Positions 52,525 to 56,521 of a stretch of DNA of 56,521 nucleotides are shown piece after piece. The position numbers and the translations under genes were made by a program. The DNA is from Deltaproteobacteria bacterium (GTDB lineage Bacteria; Desulfobacterota; Desulfobacteria; Desulfobacterales; SURF-15): the NCBI GenBank assembly GCA_013349495.1, contig DUZK01000001.1, positions 1 through 56,521 of the forward strand. Direction: 5' to 3'. The notes beneath the pieces were generated by a model. That model worked only from the letters and a program-made list of their open reading frames with translations, searched no databases and had not been told where the DNA came from. Position 1 is the stretch's first letter, and every line of letters starts with the position of its first letter.

Positions 52525-53265
52525 TCAAGCAGCCGGATCGAGTTTGGGTCTTAAACTGACGCAGTTTTTCATGTTCAGCACATGGCTGTTTTCCGTCAAA
52601 CGGTCAATCAGGGCGGCAGTCAGATGATCGTTTTTCAAAAACGACGTCCACTGAGAAAATCCGAGATTGGACGTAATCAGCGTCGGTTTTCGCTTGTGTC
52701 GTTTATGCATCAGGGTAAAAAACAGACCGACCTGCACCGGCTCCACCTCGACATATCCAAGTTCGTCGATCAACAAACAATCATATGCGATAAATTTCTT
52801 GATCACCTTTGCCTCCGTATGATCGGCAACGGATTGATAAAGACGTTCCACCAAGTCAGGGAAAGCGATAAAACGGCCGTTGTATCCGTTGTTGATGGCA
52901 TGAATCAAAAACGACGTGGCCAAGCCGGTTTTGCCCACGCCTGTCGGGCCGATGAAGATTATATTGCGACATTTCGTCATGTAATCGAAGGCGTCATACA
53001 TATCCATGGTTTTCTTTTTGTTCAATTTCGGCTGTTGGTTGAACGGGAATGTCTCAATGACCCATTTTTCGGGGATCTTGGCTCTGGTGAGTCTCATTTT
53101 TCGGGAGTTTTCCTTCTTGATTTGATACTCCTCGTCGATAATATATTGCAACATCCGCGCATGTGAGTAGTTTCCTTTTTGGGCGATTGAAAGATGCCGC
53201 TCCCAGTTGGCGAGCAATCCGCCAAGCCGAAGGTAGTTGAGCTTTTGGATCAGTTCGTCATTCAT
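52525..53265 (-). CDS. istB: IS21-family helper ATPase IstB
   Basis: Walker A is FIGPTGVGKTGLATSF; Walker B is CLLIDELGYV; also TSNLGFSQW. The likely start MNDELIQKLNYLRL is at 53265, overlapping the istA stop (ATGAATGA). Confidence 0.9.
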   Translation of the reverse strand: MNDELIQKLNYLRLGGLLANWERHLSIAQKGNYSHARMLQYIIDEEYQIKKENSRKMRLTRAKIPEKWVIETFPFNQQPKLNKKKTMDMYDAFDYMTKCRNIIFIGPTGVGKTGLATSFLIHAINNGYNGRFIAFPDLVERLYQSVADHTEAKVIKKFIAYDCLLIDELGYVEVEPVQVGLFFTLMHKRHKRKPTLITSNLGFSQWTSFLKNDHLTAALIDRLTENSHVLNMKNCVSLRPKLDPAA

Positions 53266-54754
53266 TTTCGTCCTCCATTTCATCATAGATGGAAAGATCC
53301 GCTTCATCGGCGAAACGCCCCTCGATATAGGTGTCCCTGTTTTGCAAATCCGGATCTAATTCCGGCAATGCCGTATGGAAGCCGCCGCTTCTGAGTTTTA
53401 AAATGATGATGTTTTCGATGGTTCCGATATCGGCAATGCGATATTTAAGAGCCCGCTCCACCGCTTGGATAAAGACCACCGGGGCAACCTTCCGGTGCAG
53501 GCCAAACAGCTCGCGGACAAATCGATGTTTGGACCTGCCGCTTTTGGGGACGGCAAAATTCAAATAATCATCGATGGGTTGGCCCAAAGATCGCAGGATT
53601 TTTTCTTCCCGAGCCGTAGGTTTCTTACGTTGCGTCGGTCTATGCGACGGCCGGGAGCTGCCTTCAGGAGAAATCACTTCGTTTTTAACGCCGTCGGCAG
53701 GCAAACAATAACGCCCCAGCAGTTTCCGATGATGATAAATCTTTAGATGATCGCCATATTCCAGTATTTTGACCTCATGGCGTTTGGTCCCGGGGATCCA
53801 ATAAAAGTTGCCGTTTAATGATGCGTATCCATACTGGTCGGTTCCTCTTTTATGAATGCAATAGGGAGGCTCGATATACGGCGGCAATTTTTTCAAATAC
53901 GGTTTTTCGTATTCAAAAGCGACAGAGGGAATCAGACGGGTTTTTCCCGTAGGCCGGTTGGCCGATCGGACCGTTGCCCATTCAATGGCCTGACGATTCA
54001 TGTCCTCCAGACTTTCAAAGGAGCGGCCGGGGAAAAAATTTGTCTCAACCGTGTAAAACCCTCTTTCATTGCCGGCTTTCCGGTTTGCATGCCCTTTTTC
54101 ATGGCAAATAAACGTAAAACCGTATTGTCGGGCAAATTGCTCCATCTCGGGGACGATGACCGCATTTTTGCCGGTTCCCCGCAGACAGGCCAGGTTGGTG
54201 TTGTCGATTATGCAAATTTCGGCCGCATACTCCCAATGAATCAGCGCTTCGTGCAAAAAACACTTCATTCGGAACCGATTGAAAGAACGATAAAACTTCA
54301 AATAGCGGATTTTTGAATACCGAAAATATAAAAGGCTTCCCTGCACCCGAACAGGTGCAACACCGAATCGAACCCGATAAGCAGATGTGTCATGCTGCAT
54401 CTCCGCGCCGGGCATATCCGGCTCCCGACCACAGCGGTTTGAAGGTGTTTTGCTCAAGCCTTGTTCGCGTATTATTTGGGTCAGGGTGGAATAGGCGACG
54501 CTGACGCCTTGTTCCTCGGTCAGTTTTTCATACACCCGCTGCGCGTGGCCTTGGCATTCATTGTAAAGCCGAACCAAAAGATCCGGGTCGATTCGGAGCT
54601 TATCTTTACGCACAGCTTCCGGCATTTCTCCCTTTTGGCCGATAATGCCTATCACCGTATTGGGGGCGATTTTCAAACCGCGGGCGATCTCACGCACCCC
54701 CATTCCTTGCTGATGAAGAAAGTAGACGGCCTTACGCTTGTCTGGTTCGATCAT
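53258..54754 (-). CDS. istA: IS21-family DDE transposase IstA
   Basis: N-terminal HTH (GMGVREIARGLKIAPNTV). DDE core blocks are AEMQHDTS, ICIIDNTNLA and HANRKAGNERGF. Both the size and the downstream istB fit IS21. Confidence 0.9.
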   Translation of the reverse strand: MIEPDKRKAVYFLHQQGMGVREIARGLKIAPNTVIGIIGQKGEMPEAVRKDKLRIDPDLLVRLYNECQGHAQRVYEKLTEEQGVSVAYSTLTQIIREQGLSKTPSNRCGREPDMPGAEMQHDTSAYRVRFGVAPVRVQGSLLYFRYSKIRYLKFYRSFNRFRMKCFLHEALIHWEYAAEICIIDNTNLACLRGTGKNAVIVPEMEQFARQYGFTFICHEKGHANRKAGNERGFYTVETNFFPGRSFESLEDMNRQAIEWATVRSANRPTGKTRLIPSVAFEYEKPYLKKLPPYIEPPYCIHKRGTDQYGYASLNGNFYWIPGTKRHEVKILEYGDHLKIYHHRKLLGRYCLPADGVKNEVISPEGSSRPSHRPTQRKKPTAREEKILRSLGQPIDDYLNFAVPKSGRSKHRFVRELFGLHRKVAPVVFIQAVERALKYRIADIGTIENIIILKLRSGGFHTALPELDPDLQNRDTYIEGRFADEADLSIYDEMEDENE

Positions 54755-55628
54755 GAAACGCCCTTATCGCTTTTATAAACGAATCGGTTTGTCTTAAAAT
54801 GCCACCGGTCAAAAGATTGGCCTGAGCAAGAAAAGCGCTGGTTTTATATTTTGCACCGATTTTCGCGGCGACACGTTGCATATATTTGGATACGATCTCA
54901 AGATCGCGAAGCATGGCGCCTTCCGTTTGGCTGCAACCTGCGGCAGGCGTCTGCGTTTCTTTCAAACGACCCAATGCCCATGTGATGTGACCCTTTCTGA
55001 TTTGCTCCCGCAAGGCATCGGGTCCCTTGAAATATCCATGGGCTAAAGCCTCTATGCTGCGAATGCTTAAACTTTTGCCGGCAATCGATCCGACAAAGTC
55101 GTCCACCTCATCGGGGCAAACAGCGTTTATACGCATAAACTGCCGCAGGGTGTACATATAGCAATAGACCGGAAAACGACCTTTAAATATCTCATCGCGC
55201 ACATAATCGCTCATTTGGCCGATAATCCCGGATCTGACACTGACCCAGGCCTTGCTGCGTTCAACAAGTCCTGCGATATCTGCGGTGGACATCTTGTGAA
55301 CGTTTTTAAGTTCGTCAACAAATCGGGCCTGTTCCAAAATGGAGAGACTCTTGGCGTTTGATATGCGGATCAGTTCGATAATGCCGAAGATTTCATCGGC
55401 GCCCATAGAAACATAAGGCGCCATGCCGATGCCCAGTTTTTGGGCACATCTTAATCGCTTGAATCCATCGAGCAGTATTCGGGCATCCTTTGTGTCAACG
55501 CCTTGCAACGGGTCCCGTATCCCTTTTTCCATAATCGACATCAAAAGCGCCTTCTCGGCGCCGGCAGACTTCATCCGAAAGCCTTCATATCTTAAATCCA
55601 AACTGGAAATTTCCACTTCTTCGGCCAT
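54732..55628 (-). CDS. ParB/Srx-fold DNA-binding protein (ParB N-domain plus HTH), cargo gene upstream of istA
   Basis: GIRDPLQGV..ILLDGFKRLRCAQKLG (ParB box) and SILEQARFVDELKNVHKMSTADIAGLVERSKAWVSVR (HTH). The gene overlaps the istA start by 23 nt. Confidence 0.7.
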   Translation of the reverse strand: MAEEVEISSLDLRYEGFRMKSAGAEKALLMSIMEKGIRDPLQGVDTKDARILLDGFKRLRCAQKLGIGMAPYVSMGADEIFGIIELIRISNAKSLSILEQARFVDELKNVHKMSTADIAGLVERSKAWVSVRSGIIGQMSDYVRDEIFKGRFPVYCYMYTLRQFMRINAVCPDEVDDFVGSIAGKSLSIRSIEALAHGYFKGPDALREQIRKGHITWALGRLKETQTPAAGCSQTEGAMLRDLEIVSKYMQRVAAKIGAKYKTSAFLAQANLLTGGILRQTDSFIKAIRAFHDRTRQA

Positions 55629-55637
55629 GACGGCTCC

Positions 55638-56027
55638 TTATGGCGGCTTGGTATGATCAACGGCACTACGGTATGGCATAATTTTTTGCTTGTCGATGCT
55701 GTGTTGTCTCAAAACGCGATCGATCATCCGGATAACCGCCTGTAAGTCTACCGGTCCTCCGTCGATCAGGCTTGTTGTCAACTGAATGTGCAGGATAAGG
55801 TTTGGGTCAACCTCGCATTGGCAGCTGGGGGGTTCATCCGGACTTGACACCAGCACGGCAGAGCCATTGCGGCGGCAATTGAGATACTTCTTTTTGATTT
55901 TTCCCTCGGGACTACGATAATATTCATTGCTCCGATGGATTGCATTTTGTCTTCGATGGGTTTGTCGGCAGCCGAAGGGACACCGAAGATCATGGCGCCC
56001 GGCATTCCGGGGGTGGGTGAAAAACAA
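55638..56027 (-). CDS. Hypothetical Cys/His/Arg-rich protein, first gene inside the IS21-family element (start uncertain)
   Basis: TTG start. 250 nt of it are also open in another frame (ORF 55778..56158). The C-terminal part, ILHIQLTTSLIDGGPVDLQAVIRMIDRVLRQHSID, looks protein-like. Confidence 0.4.
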   Translation of the reverse strand: MFFTHPRNAGRHDLRCPFGCRQTHRRQNAIHRSNEYYRSPEGKIKKKYLNCRRNGSAVLVSSPDEPPSCQCEVDPNLILHIQLTTSLIDGGPVDLQAVIRMIDRVLRQHSIDKQKIMPYRSAVDHTKPP

Positions 56028-56347
56028 TATCCGGCAGTGCCTGCACTGGGTGAGACACCTTCGTAAATGAGGCTTGTCTTTGAGTACCGCGCGGATAGTC
56101 CAATAATATCGAGCAACAATATCGCGAACATTGCCACGCCGATACCATGCCGGTTCAAATTGGAAAAAAGATTGAATTTGAATTATAAAAAAGCTAAATT
56201 CTCGCTTATGTCAAAGATGTATTTTGGCATGCCCTCGTTATTCCTTTTTATAAGATTTTGCCGATCTTTAGGTATAACGAGGGTTCCTCATTTGTAAAAC
56301 CGTAATCGTATTTTTATAGGCGGGCGTTCTTGAAGTCTTGAACTGGA

Positions 56348-56389
56348 GTGTATCAATTTATCTCAGCAGGGGTGTATCAATTTTGTCCA
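56348..56389. repeat. IS21-family terminal inverted repeat with two transposase-site repeats (istA-proximal end)
   Basis: GTGTATCAATTTATC (56348-56362), a 9-nt spacer, then GTGTATCAATTTTGTCCA (56372-56389); this is the reverse complement of the left-end pattern. Confidence 0.75.
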
Positions 56390-56393
56390 GCGC

Positions 56394-56521
56394 TATAGAA
56401 GTAGTAATAAATTTTCAAATGGTAAGAGAAAAGGTGAGAACAACAAGAAAAATGGTAATAAATACTTAGCCTGGGCATATGTGGAAGCAGCCAATTTTGC
56501 TAGAAGACATTGTTTGAAGGC
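56394..56521 (+). pseudogene. C-terminal fragment of an IS110-family transposase, running off the right edge
   Basis: The translation YRSSNKFSNGKRKGENNKKNGNKYLAWAYVEAANFARRHCLK matches the ..SGGK..G....K.GNKYLKWA..EAA.. block that I recall from IS110 transposase C-termini. An in-frame TAG lies immediately upstream and no N-terminal part is present. Confidence 0.45.

Larger units (their letters stand above)
51835..56389 (-). mobile_element. IS21-family element (4555 bp) carrying istA-istB plus three extra genes
   Basis: Termini are TGG...CCA. Each end carries two copies of a 15-18 nt motif with identical 9-nt spacing. Left end: TGGGATAAATTGCGACAC-9-GATAAAGTGATACGT. Right end, reverse complement: TGGACAAAATTGATACAC-9-GATAAATTGATACAC. 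GCGC is duplicated on both flanks (51831-51834, 56390-56393). The inverted identity also extends 9 nt further out (CTATAGCGC), so the ends could instead be 51826/56398. Confidence 0.8.

Noticed and set aside
52582-54316. Plus-strand ORFs 52582-53166 and 53852-54316 inside the IS element
   Set aside because: They are antisense to istB and istA, which have clear Walker and DDE motifs, and I recognise no motifs in them. They are shadow ORFs.

Overview
This is a 56.5-kb bacterial window with three blocks. All calls come from reading the translations and DNA by eye; no database search was possible. Domain borders are approximate (about +-30 nt) and GC values are hand counts of sampled 60-nt lines.

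(1) nt 1-33311 is the right-hand part of an AT-less (trans-AT type) modular polyketide synthase cluster, all on the + strand and almost gap-free.
- The first PKS gene runs off the left edge (its frame is open from nt 3) and has 4 KS. The second PKS gene has 2 KS and ends in a thioesterase.
- Downstream come a carbamoyltransferase, a GT1 glycosyltransferase, a metallophosphoesterase, a YkgJ/FliB-family Cys-cluster protein, a tandem PRMT7-like arginine-methyltransferase-fold protein and an Sfp-type PPTase.
- No AT, ER or MT domain is present in the window.
- The PKS genes carry DNA-level heptanucleotide tandem repeats in every post-KS linker, two Ser->Gln pseudo-carrier-protein inserts, and an abrupt GC/codon-usage drop at about nt 17.4 kb.

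(2) nt 33.5-50.6 kb is a signalling and transport neighbourhood.
- It holds orphan solute-binding proteins and a three-gene operon: a sensor-MFS fusion, a GNAT and an unknown 519-aa protein.
- A complete partner-switching set (Cache-HAMP-PP2C phosphatase, STAS antagonist, RsbW-like kinase) has no sigma factor and is wrapped around a 1096-aa permease-HEAT-cNMP-binding protein.
- A GAF-GspE/PilB-type ATPase sits without other secretion genes, followed by a protein that threads by eye onto a degenerate class III nucleotide-cyclase fold.

(3) nt 50.8-56.5 kb is mobile DNA.
- A 3' tRNA-Leu fragment with its own terminator marks an island junction.
- To its right lie AT-rich remnant genes and a 4.5-kb IS21-family element carrying three extra genes.
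- That element abuts an IS110-type transposase remnant.
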